A DNA stretch of 64,000 nucleotides from Diplonema japonicum (taxonomy: Eukaryota; Protista; Euglenozoa: Diplonemea): positions 186,001-250,000 of the forward strand of contig OZ025655.1 of assembly GCA_964019335.1 (NCBI GenBank). Reading direction: 5' to 3'. The translations under genes were made by a program, and so were the position numbers. Of this stretch, positions 22,201-32,551 are shown in pieces (within the stretch, counting starts at the first letter, position 1; each line of letters opens with the position of its first letter). The notes beneath the pieces were generated by a model. The model had not been told where the DNA came from, searched no databases, and saw nothing but the letters and a program-made list of their open reading frames with translations.

Positions 22201-24752
22201 GAGACCAGCAAAGCTGAAGCATTGAAGGGATCGACTTCTTTTCCTTCTACGAAATAGTGCAGGTAGTCATTCTCGTTGTTTTCGATCCTCACGGACACGG
22301 TGGTCTTCTCCCACTTCCAGATAAACCCCACGGGCGGAACAGGAAGCAGCACCTTTTTTTCTTTCGAAAGCACTTTGTACGCTTCGCTCTTGGCATTGTT
22401 CTCAAGGATCTTGTCAGACAGACCCCTCCGGCCCGTCTGATCACCTGAATCAGTCCCGCTCACCTTCTGCACCAGGTATGGCTCGTCCACCGTACCAGCC
22501 AATGTTACCAAACAAGAGACCTGCTTACCTTCTGCAGATGCAGCTGACACAGCCTCTCGGGAACCAAATAGTTGCAGGAACGCGGTCCTTGCCTCAAAAG
22601 GAGTTGGTTTTCTTCCACCCATTTCATCCTCTGTCGGTAAATACACAGGCTTGTGCCGGATGGGTGCGGGCGCTTTATGTCTCCTACCATGCAGCATATC
22701 GTGGAAGTGCTTCTGGAGCTGCTGAATTACGTTCAGGAGGAGTTCTTCATGTTGTGTGAGGCGCTGCCCGTCACGCTGGCTCTTCCACTCCTTGGCCACC
22801 TTGTCTGTCTCGTTCTCTTTGCATTCATAGATCCCCAGCTTGTCGGGTGTGATGTCGAGTGCAGCGTTCGGCGTGTCGGTGACGAAAGAGAGGAACCTGT
22901 ACGTCTCTTGTGCGGCCCCGTTCAGCTTCTGCTTCAGCTCACGCACGTTCAAACCGGATGACAGTGACCACAAAGCTTCTGCTAGAGCACGCAAGGAGTG
23001 CTGCATGGTGTCTGTGGGTACCCTCGGCAGTCCCGCCTGCAGCAGTAGTAGTGTCGTGGGCCTCAAATGCGAGTCGGCAGCAGCAAGGTGTACTTCATGG
23101 TTCAATTTCTGATTGTGAGCCGACTCAGTATAGTTTGCAGCTTCAGCATGGCACTCTGGCAGCGTGAACACCGCCTTAGCCCACACACCCTTGTCACCAA
23201 GACCACCAAGGTACCTGAGAAGTATCAACTTCTCCCCGCGTGTCACAGGGAGCCCGAGCAACGCTATTCTTAAAGAATTCCTGATGCAGCATATCTCAGC
23301 GGTGCCTTCTTCAACAGACAGGTTCTTGTTTGTCATCTGGTTGCGCGACGACCGTCTCCAGCCTTTCCAGGGCCACAGCGATGCCGAGTGGTCGTTGCCC
23401 TGCAGGCGCAGCGCCGTAATTATGAGTTTCTTCTTCAGTTGCTCTGTCAGACGAAAACTGTCGTCCACATGGGCGACTAGAGTAAGCCCTAGCAGCTCCT
23501 GAAGGCAAAGGTACTTACCGTCATCAGAAGCAAAAGGTCCCACGTCTTCTAGTGCTGATATGAACACTTTCCATAGCGCAGTGCGTGTCCCTGTAACCTT
23601 CCGGTACTGCAACTCTGGGACATGGTGCGCAGGTGCACCACACAAGTGGTTGATGGACTGCAGTATGGGAGCTGAGCCGGAAAGGGTGATACCCCTTCGA
23701 ATGGCCTTCTGCAACAAGGAAGCAGGATAGAGTATGTTGCAGCAAGAAGAGGATAGTGGCGAGAGGAGGGCAGAGGGAGCGGGCTTGACAGCGACATGCG
23801 CAGGAGGTGGGGTAGAGAGGAGCGTCTTGTCAACGGCCAAGATGATAGTTGCGGCGTTACAGCTGAGCTCCTCGTTGAGCCCAGTCTTCATCACTGAAGA
23901 CTTGTGGATGTCAGATTCTGGCTCGAAGCCTAGCATGGCGCGGTATGAATGTGTCTTTTCTGAGCCGTAGGAGGCAATGGCCTCCTTCCAACCCCCCTTC
24001 GGAGCTTTCTTAGGAAATGGGTTAATAGAAACCTTAAAGGGATTGTTGGTGATCTCAACGACACTGACAGGGGTGACATTCTGTGCTTCGAGGGAACGTA
24101 AGAGAGGGGCAGGGGCTGTCCAAACCTCCTGTGGGGCGAGCTGAAGATTGTACGTAGCAAGCTTGAAGGAAGCGGAAGGGAGCTCTGATTGGAGGTGGCT
24201 GCCATTGTCGAAGCGGCGGCCGATCCACTCACTGGGGACCAAAGGCTTGCCAGTCAGAGTGTCACACCCACAGTCGTCAACCAAAAACGGTATCTGCAAG
24301 GTGTCAGTTGCCTTCTGAAGGAGTCGGTCCTGTGCTTCGGTATCGAGAAGGCCTTCGTCTTCATCTGTGTACTCAATAGGTGGTGTGACCTTCCACGCAA
24401 CATGCCAAGCCTTGATTAGCGCCTTCACGGTCGACACGTCACTGTGCTGTAAGAGGGAGCTCAGCTGCTGCATGTCCTCACCCTTGCTAACTCCGTCCAT
24501 CGCTTTCGCTACTACATTGTGGTTCAGTACCGGCTTGCACCCTTCCAGGCATCTCACGGCAAACCCTGTGCACCCTTCCCTCATCAACACTAACCTATCC
24601 CCTTTTGCTACCCCATAGTTACCTACTGTTCTCAGCAGTGCTCCTTTCTGATCCACAGCCGCCTTGCCCTTGACATTCCCTTTGCTGAGGATGTCCCAAC
24701 TGCCAAGGCCAGACGTCGTTTTACGAAGAGCTGAGGTCGCAGCAGCTTTCAT
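19275..24752 (-). CDS. Fusion: uncharacterised N-terminal region + SF2 (SNF2-like) helicase/ATPase + AlkA/Mag1-type HhH-GPD DNA-3-methyladenine glycosylase (1825 aa)
   Basis: Single uninterrupted ORF. Helicase motifs LWSHQ, DASAVGAGKTL, VIDEC, LSAT, AYGLNLQ, QMKGRVDRPGQ. C-terminal FKSLVRTIVFQQIS, LRKAGLSERK, HhH LCSIKGMGEWS, LPVGD, WRPYRT. Confidence 0.9.
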   Translation of the reverse strand: MKAAATSALRKTTSGLGSWDILSKGNVKGKAAVDQKGALLRTVGNYGVAKGDRLVLMREGCTGFAVRCLEGCKPVLNHNVVAKAMDGVSKGEDMQQLSSLLQHSDVSTVKALIKAWHVAWKVTPPIEYTDEDEGLLDTEAQDRLLQKATDTLQIPFLVDDCGCDTLTGKPLVPSEWIGRRFDNGSHLQSELPSASFKLATYNLQLAPQEVWTAPAPLLRSLEAQNVTPVSVVEITNNPFKVSINPFPKKAPKGGWKEAIASYGSEKTHSYRAMLGFEPESDIHKSSVMKTGLNEELSCNAATIILAVDKTLLSTPPPAHVAVKPAPSALLSPLSSSCCNILYPASLLQKAIRRGITLSGSAPILQSINHLCGAPAHHVPELQYRKVTGTRTALWKVFISALEDVGPFASDDGKYLCLQELLGLTLVAHVDDSFRLTEQLKKKLIITALRLQGNDHSASLWPWKGWRRSSRNQMTNKNLSVEEGTAEICCIRNSLRIALLGLPVTRGEKLILLRYLGGLGDKGVWAKAVFTLPECHAEAANYTESAHNQKLNHEVHLAAADSHLRPTTLLLLQAGLPRVPTDTMQHSLRALAEALWSLSSGLNVRELKQKLNGAAQETYRFLSFVTDTPNAALDITPDKLGIYECKENETDKVAKEWKSQRDGQRLTQHEELLLNVIQQLQKHFHDMLHGRRHKAPAPIRHKPVYLPTEDEMGGRKPTPFEARTAFLQLFGSREAVSAASAEGKQVSCLVTLAGTVDEPYLVQKVSGTDSGDQTGRRGLSDKILENNAKSEAYKVLSKEKKVLLPVPPVGFIWKWEKTTVSVRIENNENDYLHYFVEGKEVDPFNASALLVSCNEPRRVMQLPQELGDILRKMFYLPNEKVDDVLASFEKLEQYAQWFRSSKTTTCDDIYDWVHLANQSTLPKSIWRDMVIKIATREGDVVEVSRCARDGTKTGPALQQLSEGVLLRILYALQALYPAVLERTSELRFTLTQHGAQFVHLQRVLNIMAFGSYDDGEAFHTALHEDNESAFSFEDEIDEVSEDITVPEVSTDLWSHQNEAVTRVLTGVAEGKRGFADASAVGAGKTLTALACCVRASEWLAKRKLRRHGFLVLVPNNDLIGEWIQQALLHTRGLHIVAQQHTGYLISRGVSNGGKPPAAHPSTRRYSTAPKVDCNTVVVSTLGRLRDKPFVSQAGWDMVVIDECLSVQNDSALQTIEAWRQVAASRCGVLMLSATLFRSRMSKLFYMIRMLRSALPRTEKYLPTLLAEHIICYLPERVRTWKLRYIPVPMSKSAMELYQSRLAAAARSQKDARLVYGELKSVVRDHWEHTAMLEAFDKECKELQEADRHVLMFANSENELGRIKKKCKQSRTWNSGKASAPRGSGPLVVTTQRGAYGLNLQEEADSIICRPQPGDLIEQMKGRVDRPGQKTKELVLNIIYAEGTIEEVEAANIRLCGAFFRQYIDPLGRLFQERAVEASITAMKHVQPRKGAAGGGKSKSGIQGSVAAAFHQQINVTEAAPEVADKTKAKVSNTNGTPKSDEGGGKRKNEDESPTKAKKAKPSPKAAKAAAAEARKRKAEQEMEDLRELAEFEASLPKTPKRMTNESSVQGLAWLTERDPILASVIAQVGPPVDMVSQLGNDPAFKSLVRTIVFQQISMKAANSIFTRFAECVGGEITLEAVNAVDDLTLRKAGLSERKVSYVRNICEKFTSGELTDEKLDMMEDKDVLKALCSIKGMGEWSSHVFMMFNLGRHDVLPVGDIAVQKAFQKLYSLSPHDATSETQVQYFPPAKEMEELAKCWRPYRTIGTWYMWHVVETKEAAYTYGS

Positions 24753-24864
24753 CTCTGAGAAAACAACCTTTGACAGAAAAAAAAAATAAAATAGCCGCTT
24801 CATAAAAACGAAAATAGTAGTCTAACAAATTCTATTACTATTTCACAAGCACCACGTTCTCCTG

Positions 24865-25401
24865 TCACCTGTACTGAACTGGGTACCCCGAAGGGGTCTG
24901 CATATAAGTGCTTGCATGCGTGTTGGGAGTAAGTCGTTGGGGAGTAGGCCGGTAAGGAGTGGTAAGGGGGGCTGGGTAGAATTGAAGATCAGGGGCAGAC
25001 GGAGGAGGTGGCTGAACAGACATGTAGGATGCAGGCGGCGTCCGAGGTACATCTTCTGCCAGAGAAGGCTGGCTGTGCTTCTCGGGGGGCGGAGAGTAGT
25101 AGTCATCTTTGGTGACATGGCAGAGCACCGCAAAGATAAGTGGAAAGATAAAGGGTGCGAAGAGCAGCAGCCAAGATCCCCACCAGTCCCCCGCATATGC
25201 AGCCCACCCGCCAACCAGGGCACCTGCAAGGATGAAGGGATGGAACCACAGCAACAACCACATGCTGCTGTAGACAGCCCCAAGTGTGCCCCCGACATTC
25301 AGCATTTTCTTTACCTTTTTCAACTTCAACATCATCATGACTAAGCAGCTCCCTTGCATTATACTCACAAGCACACACACCCATAGAGCTGGCCGGCTCA
25401 T
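24865..25401 (-). CDS. Hypothetical small multi-pass membrane protein with Pro/Tyr-rich tail
   Basis: Hydrophobic segments (MWLLLWFHPFILAGALVGGW, WLLLFAPFIFPLIFAVLC) then PPP/YP-rich C-terminus; stop ~110 bp upstream of the next gene's start. Start codon uncertain. Confidence 0.5.
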   Translation of the reverse strand: MSRPALWVCVLVSIMQGSCLVMMMLKLKKVKKMLNVGGTLGAVYSSMWLLLWFHPFILAGALVGGWAAYAGDWWGSWLLLFAPFIFPLIFAVLCHVTKDDYYSPPPEKHSQPSLAEDVPRTPPASYMSVQPPPPSAPDLQFYPAPLTTPYRPTPQRLTPNTHASTYMQTPSGYPVQYR

Positions 25402-25614
25402 TGCAACTGCACTGGAGGGTAAAAGCTGATACAATCTCCATAATAAAAACAGAACTGGTTTAAAAAAAGGGGGGGGGGGGGAACGGTGTAAACTTATCGT
25501 TTTTTTTTCTTTTTCTTCTAAAAGAGCAGCATCCCAGAACTCCCAGAGCCCACACCGTGGTCGTTGAAGTCGAAGGTTGGGCTCCCCATGCTGCCGAGGC
25601 CTCCCATTGCAGCT

Positions 25615-25645
<31 letters not shown>

Positions 25646-26988
25646 CTTCTTCTTTTGATTTATACTATTAGCAGTCATCGAGTCATCGATCCCATTAACA
25701 CTCCCACTCACAGAGGCTGATGGGGTCTTACCGGACAGCTTCTCATTCATTATGTCATCGTTACTCAGTGCTGCAGCAAGGGTCTTGCTGCTCACAGGGA
25801 CCTGCTTCCCCATTTTTTCCCAACCCCCCCTGCCAACATTCTTGTGTTAGGAGGGAAAAGCAAGGGGGGGGAAGGGGAATCTAATAAGAGGGAAAAGAGG
25901 GGAATAATACACTCAAAAACTATTCATTCTTTTCTTTCCAACGCCCAGCTTTTGTTTTCTCTTCTTAAGAACATGATTTTTCTATGAAAAACTGCTCAGC
26001 AACAAAACCAGTTTTGTTTATTCTTTTTTTTTTTTGTGTGTATGGGGAAAGAAAGAGAGAAAAAAAATAAGATTATTCTTTTCCTTTTTTTTGAAAGCTC
26101 TTTTTCGTTACAAACAACTTTTTTCTTCCCCCTCTTTTCTTTTTGAGGGCTTGTTTAGCTTTTAAAAGAAAACGAAAAAAGAAGTCCTTTTGCTCAGCAG
26201 TTGGAGAGCAAAGACAAACCTAGAACTTGGGTCAGCAGTTTCCTGGTGCCAACATTCTTTTTGACAACTACAATAACAAGTGTTTCATTCTTATTTAAAA
26301 AAAAAGGGGGGGGAATAAGTCAGCTACCTGGGGAGGTGCGCTAATAGCCCTTAGCTAGAAAAGGCTACGGCTTCCAATAATAGGAAAATAAAACTTACTT
26401 TTGCTGGCCCGTGTTTCCTTTTAAGATAGAACTCCCCCCCCCCCCCCCTCCCTCCCGGCGAAAACACAATAGTCAAAGGAAAAGGAGAAGGTAACTAGAA
26501 TGGCTACCTCTTTTTTTGTATTTTTTTTTCTCTTTTCCTTCTTTTTCTCCAAGCATGATTTCTATTGTAACAAATAAACACATTCTTTTTGTTGGGGGGG
26601 GGAAGGATCTATGCAACAGATAAAAAAAATAAAACACTAAAATAGAGAGGAAACAAGGCAATCGGTTTTTCTTTACAACGTCAGCATGGAGGAAATAAGA
26701 GACGGATGGCTGTTGTTCTTGCACAGCAAAGCCGGGGTTGACCAGAAGGATAAGCCCTTCATTGTCAACATCTTGTTTTGAGCTTTCTAAGGTAGACGAA
26801 TATCGGCTATAGGGCTTGCTGCGCCCCTCCTGAAAAATAATAATAAAACAAAGAATGTGATTATGGGGGAAGGGGATCTAAAAATAATAACTTTCTTTTT
26901 CCTTTTTCGAAAGTCGTGATAAGGAGAAGTAAGGTGTTGCTACCCCCCCCTGCCAACCCGTCACCTCCGCGTGAATAATAAAACTTAA

Positions 26989-28772
26989 CCATCTACCAAC
27001 GGACCATTTTTGCCCACCAGGGGGTAAATTTTCAAAACTTCAAAAAAAGCTATTCTAGCGCAACGCCGGGGCTATATGCCCCCGGAAATGCCTCCAGATG
27101 TCCCAATTCTAGAGAGAGGGTGCCCACAGCAGGGCCCACCCCCACAACATTGTCAAAAATATCGTTCCTGAAGTGCCCGAGAGGGGGTACAAAAAACAAG
27201 TCAAAAAAAATCGACTGTAAAATTCTATAAAAAGCTATTTAAGGCCTTCTTGACGCGGTTCGTACGTGCCCCAGGGCTGGGGGACTTCTTTTTTGACCCC
27301 GGGAGGGGTTTCTGGGGGTATCCCCGGCAAGGTGGCAGTCTTTGAAGCACGGAGTCACGCAAAGTTGTACCAAGCAGGCTGAACACTGAAATAGGGGTCT
27401 TTTCGACTTGCAATGCTTGCACCGCACGTTGCACTACTTTTTCGGGGAAATGGTCCCAGAAGGTACTGTCACGGCGCATTGGGGTCTCAGAGCACTCGTT
27501 CTGTGTTTCGGGGCATGGTATTGGGGCAGCCTGCTCTGTAGTTGACTTTATCTGTTGTTTAGACTGCCTCCCTAGTAGCCCTTCGATGACTGCCTCTTTG
27601 AAAGGCGTCAATACACTGTCGTTCGTACTCAGGGTGTGGGGGGCAATGCTTCTTTCCAAACAAGCCAAGCATTCGCCAGAGATTTACCTAACAAGTACGA
27701 AAATACTTTTAGGGGCCACTTTTAAGTCATAAGGGTGCGTTTATGGCGTTTTGTCACAGCGTCACCCAGATCGGTTCCGCCCATTGCGGTGTTGTAAATA
27801 TGCACTTGGTGGGGAACAAGATGTCCTTTCCGGCTTTCATTCTCTTTTGGCGGACGGTCAAATTTGACTTCACTGGAACATCCAACGTCGATAGAAAGCA
27901 CACAGGCTTGATGTCATGCCACGTTGTGGTGCAAAGGATGCTCGCGTGCTGGTGGAACTGTGTCCCCACGGGATGCGCGTCCTTGGGCTTGCGGCCTCGC
28001 TTCTTTGGGGCATCCATGATCTCCGGGAGGCCTTCGCGATAGGTAGAAGTCAGCACGCTTGTTTGTTTCGCTGTGGAAACACAGATTTCCCAGAATAGTC
28101 AAAAAGCGGTCTCTTGACATGACGGTGGCGTACCCAGGGGTGTAGTTGAGAAACGTGGAGCCAGTGCACCAGTAATCAGAATAATCTGGCTTGATATCCA
28201 AGTCCATCGACAAAAGGGCACCTAGGAAGGTACGCAGAGAAGCAGCATCGAGATCCAGTGAGACACCTTTTTTAGCCGCATTTGCCACATTGTTCGAAGT
28301 TATGACCCGAATAAAGTTTGGGACGAGCATTTGAGAGAATATATGGTATGGCGTTGAGCCTTTGATGTCAAAACAGGGTCCACAAGGATTCCGATCTTCA
28401 CGAAACCGGATGCCTGCCAACTGCTCCGGCTTTGCCGTCCAATCACCCTGCTGTGACTCGGAATCGGTCGAATTCGTGTCAGAATCACTGTTTGTCAAAA
28501 TTGCATAATAGGGATGAGCCATCAGTGCTGCCATCACTCATAACGTCCTCTTCCGGCCTCTTTCCGGGCGCCTTTTTCTGAAGTGATTTTTAAGGGTAAA
28601 TTTGGGCTGGCGTTTTTTTTTATTTTTTCATTTTCTTTTTAGTTTATATTTTTCATATTTTCCGCGCAGGACCCCGCCGGCAAGAAAGGGCCGGGCCGTA
28701 TTGCATTGAAAGCCCTTTGCGTAAAAGATTTCTTTTCAAATCGTCTATATATAGACGCTCGTTGGTAGATGG
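26989..28772 (-). mobile_element. piggyBac-family DNA transposon, non-autonomous/decayed (1784 bp)
   Basis: 13-bp TIRs CCATCTACCAACG (26989-27001) and CGTTGGTAGATGG (28760-28772), each flanked by TTAA (26985-26988, 28773-28776); subterminal palindrome CGTCTATATATAGACG 28742-28757; internal transposase remnants. Confidence 0.93.
27239..28534 (-). pseudogene. piggyBac (PGBD4-like) transposase pseudogene
   Basis: Fragments across frames: YW..VMSRDRFLTILGNLCF, REGLP, WHDIKPVCFLST, YNTAMGGTDLGD, KWPLKVFSYLL..NAW, C-terminal Cys domain RCKHC..FQCSACLVQLCVTPCFKDCH. Frameshifts, an in-frame TAA, and the IDE/DN catalytic segment is absent. Confidence 0.88.
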
Positions 28773-29919
28773 TTAAATAATATATGAGTTAAAGGAAGTC
28801 TTTGTGAGACGCCCCCTTGTTCTCATCTTCTACCTGCACCTATCCCCTTTCAGCAGCGGAAAAATAAAAACCTCGAAAAGACAAAACGCTTACGCCCCTT
28901 ATGCTATTTCTCAAAAAAAAGGGTGGGCGTGTGACTCGTTCTGCGAGTCTCTCTTCTCTTTTCAATGATTTTTGACATTAAACCTCTCCTTTCGAAATTC
29001 TCCGGATTCTCAGGACTCCAAGAAATGGGCGTTAGTACTGTGGGGACAGGTCACATTAAGTTAGTACTATTAAACCACCTCCTTGCCTTCCTTGTTGGTC
29101 CATTGTGTTACTAACGGAAACCTTGAGTGCAAAGGAGGGGTCGTTGTACCTGGCCACCCTAGTCTAAAAATGACGAAACGGACTATAAAAAAAAAAGAAA
29201 AGAAAAGAAAATAGTTGCTTCCTCATGGGGAATAAAAAAAATAATTCTTTATGACTATATGTCTTTGTTGTTCGCACGAGCAAAAAAGATTTTTAAAAAG
29301 CTGCGAAAGTTTCTTGCTCGGCACAAGTTGCATATAGTTATAAATCATTTTTTGAAAGATAAATATTTGTAACAAAAAAAAAAAAAAAAAAAAAAACTAG
29401 AGCAGGAGCAATTAAATAAAAAAAAAAAAAGGGAGGGGGGAAGAATAGTAGTGTTGGAGAAGAAACAAAAAAAAAAAAATTTAAGAGTTAAAGGTGTTGG
29501 CGGCGCCCCTGCACAAGAACTCACGGGGGGAGAAAAAAAAAGTCGGTTGGTTGTTGTTTGCGCACAGCCGGGCATTCTCCGTCTTTTCTTTCCTTCCCTC
29601 CCCCCCCCCCCCCCCCCGAAAACTTGTTTCTTCTTTTTATATTCTGCCCTTAGTAACTAAAATAGTAGATGACGAGCGGCGGGATATTTCTTTTCACTGA
29701 AAAAAAAAAAAAAATTGATAAATTTCGGTGTGCGGGTGGGTGCTCACCGTTCAGGGAGAAATTCACACTAATCGGTCACCGTTCTGCGGTTGCTGTCTGG
29801 TGCCTGCTGTGGCTGTTTGTCGCGATGAGATGGACGGCATCTGGGCGAGAAACATTGCTTGGAGTCGTGCTAGGTAGGGGGCGGTTTGGCTCGAGGAGAA
29901 GAGTGGTCTCCTGTCGTAG

Positions 29920-30080
29920 CCGTGTGTCGTCGGGCCCCCAAGATGTCGAAGGGTGTGTACCCTTGTCTTTGCGTTGGCGGGGAAAGCATTCTTCCCACTC
30001 TTTGCTGTGCATTTCTGAATACGTCCTAAGATGTATCGCATCCTTCCAGCCTTCTCTGTGAGCCAGTCCTGGTCGTCGAG
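29920..30080 (-). mobile_element. Possible Ty3/gypsy- or Ginger-type integrase remnant
   Basis: Three frames give QDWLTEKAGR / HLRTYSEMHSKEWEECFP / GYTPFDILG, in the order of the rve C-terminal consensus 'G.TER.NR..LR.Y.....W...LP...TG.TPF.L.G'. Confidence 0.35.
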
Positions 30081-30943
30081 GGGTCCAGCCAAGGACTGCC
30101 GGGTGGCCTGCTCATAAACAAAAAAAAAAAATGCTGCTGATAAGTGCTTAGGGTGAAATCGTTTTGTGATGATTTTCCCCCAATCCTGCTGTGTCTCTAG
30201 TCTCTTCTTCGTTTCATAGTTACTAGAAAAAGATCTCACACAAAAAAAAAAATCTTTTTTCATGAATAAAAAGAAAAGTGAACTGCTACGAAAAATGTCG
30301 GAAATTGAACAAATGTCTGAACGCCTGGAATAATTAAAAAAATAATAATAATAATAATAATGATAATAACGCTGGAACATTGTCAAAGCTTGGCACTTTC
30401 TTTTCGTTTTCATATTTCTCTTTTCTTTTTTTTTTTTTTAAAGAGTTAAATCTTTTTTAAAAAAAAAACAAAGGTGTGTCAGTTATCCCTTCGTCCTCAC
30501 GCAAGGATAAATACATCTTTGTAAGAAAAAAAAAAAACCTCTCCCCATTTACCTCAAAAAAAAAAAAATAGCCTTCGTGCGAAACGCTTTAAGAGAATAT
30601 GAGGCGTGACAACACAGGTCTGAAAAACAGAAATAAAAAAAAATCTTTTAACAATCTTTCTTCAATCAAAGAAAACTCATTTCTTCTTCTTTTTTTTTTT
30701 TTTTTTTTTTTCTTCTTCGTCTTCTTTTCTTGTTGAACACTCCCAAAGTGATTTGGCGGACACCCAGACACCCAAAAAAGGCAACTAGACACTGGTGTCA
30801 CTTCGCTGTAGGGAGTTTCTGCGGATAAATCGGGGGAAAAAAAAAAAGAATAAAAAAAAGGAAGCAACGTGCCCTAAGGGCCATCACAAGTCTTGTGGCT
30901 AGGGAAAAGGACAAGGCAATAGATTTTAGTAGATGGAAGGCTG

Positions 30944-31786
30944 CTACTTAGATCTCCACGCACGCTGAATAGTAGTGGCAGGCATGCCGCCTATCCATGG
31001 GTGGTGCAATGCCTGCACAGCTGTCATTCTGTGTGAAGGATCCCGTGCTAGCAGCCGTCTGATGAACCCCTTCGCCGTTGCACTCACCTTCCTCCAGCAG
31101 GGTGATGAAAAGGACGGACCGTCAAAGCTGTGCATCAGCATCACCCTCACATCCTCAGTGCCGCCCCACGGCCGTTCTCCAGAAAGCAGGCAGTACAACA
31201 CAACCCCTACCGACCACATGTCCACAGCTGTGATCTCATACCCTGTGCGTTCCGCGGTACTGCCCCTTTCAACATGCATTCTGAGGATTTCATGTGCTTG
31301 GTAGAAGGTGGTCCCGACCGCATCTCTGTCCACCGTGGTATCATTGAACTCCAGAGACAGTCCTAAATCACACACCACTACCGATTCGATCGACTCGTCC
31401 AACAAGATGTTCTCGGGTTTCAAATCGCGGTGTGCGATGTTCTTGCTATGCAAGTAGGCCACGCCCTTCAGGACCTGGAGAATGATGGTCTTCCCAATCT
31501 CTTCAGCGACTGGCCCGTACCTGCTGATGTAGTCGTGCAGGTCGCGCTCCTTCCTGTCCAGTACTACATACTCCCCGTACTCGTCTATATTGTACACGCG
31601 GATCACGTTCTTGTGCTGCAGCTTTCTCAGTATCCGCTTCTCCCTTGCTACTGCCTCTGCCGCCTCCTGCGTCTTTGGTATCTTCAAGACACACTCCTGT
31701 CTGGTGACCGCATCCACTGCGCTCACAATGTGTGAGGATCGCCCCTCCCGTACTTTGACGGGGTTCGAGTAGCGATTTAAAAACAT
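30944..31786 (-). CDS. CAMK-like Ser/Thr kinase with C-terminal IQ-like motif (280 aa)
   Basis: VLKI, HRDLKPEN, DLG (for DFG), GTTFYQAHE (for APE), DMWSVG, ALHHPWI, TTIQRAWRSK. Confidence 0.88.
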   Translation of the reverse strand: MFLNRYSNPVKVREGRSSHIVSAVDAVTRQECVLKIPKTQEAAEAVAREKRILRKLQHKNVIRVYNIDEYGEYVVLDRKERDLHDYISRYGPVAEEIGKTIILQVLKGVAYLHSKNIAHRDLKPENILLDESIESVVVCDLGLSLEFNDTTVDRDAVGTTFYQAHEILRMHVERGSTAERTGYEITAVDMWSVGVVLYCLLSGERPWGGTEDVRVMLMHSFDGPSFSSPCWRKVSATAKGFIRRLLARDPSHRMTAVQALHHPWIGGMPATTIQRAWRSK

Positions 31787-32551
31787 CTCAACCTGTAGAA
31801 GCTCGGAATAAAATACAAGTGTAACATGAATACTACTATGGGGGATTATGGCTGAATAATCAGCCGGTTATTGGCTAGAGGCTAGTGAGCGATTTTGAGC
31901 CAGGTAATCTAAGGTGGTCCTCAAGGACAGTTCGGGGCGTGTTTCATTCTGAGAAGACATTTGGCAGGTGAACCGCAGAACCTCGAAGGGCTTCTTCGTG
32001 CTTTCAAGATGCTTCTCCACGCACACTGAATGGCGGTGGCAGGCATGTCGCCTATCCATGGGTGGTGCAATGCCTGCACAGCTGTCATTCTGTGTGAAGG
32101 ATCCCGTGCTAGCAGCCGTCTGATGAACCCCTTCGCCGTTGCACTCACCTTCCTCCAGCAGGGTGATGAAAAGGACGGACCGTCAAAGCTGTGCATCAGC
32201 ATCACCCTCACATCCTCAGTGCCGCCCCACGGCCGTTCTCCAGAAAGCAGGCAGTACAACACAACCCCTACCGACCACATGTCCACAGCTGTGATCTCAT
32301 ACCCTGTGCGTTCCGCGGTACTGCCCCTTTCAACATGCATTCTGAGGATTTCATGTGCTTGGTAGAAGGTGGTCCCGACCGCATCTCTGTCCACCGTGGT
32401 ATCATTGAACTCCAGAGACAGTCCTAAATCACACACCACTACCGATTCGATCGACTCGTCCAACAAGATGTTCTCGGGTTTCAAATCGCGGTGTGCGATG
32501 TTCTTGCTATGCAAGTAGGCCACGCCCTTCAGGACCTGGAGAATGATGGTC
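30988..32551. repeat. 503-bp identical direct repeat (30988-31490 = 32049-32551)
   Basis: Base-by-base comparison at offset 1061 found no mismatch; mismatches immediately on both sides. Confidence 0.93.
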
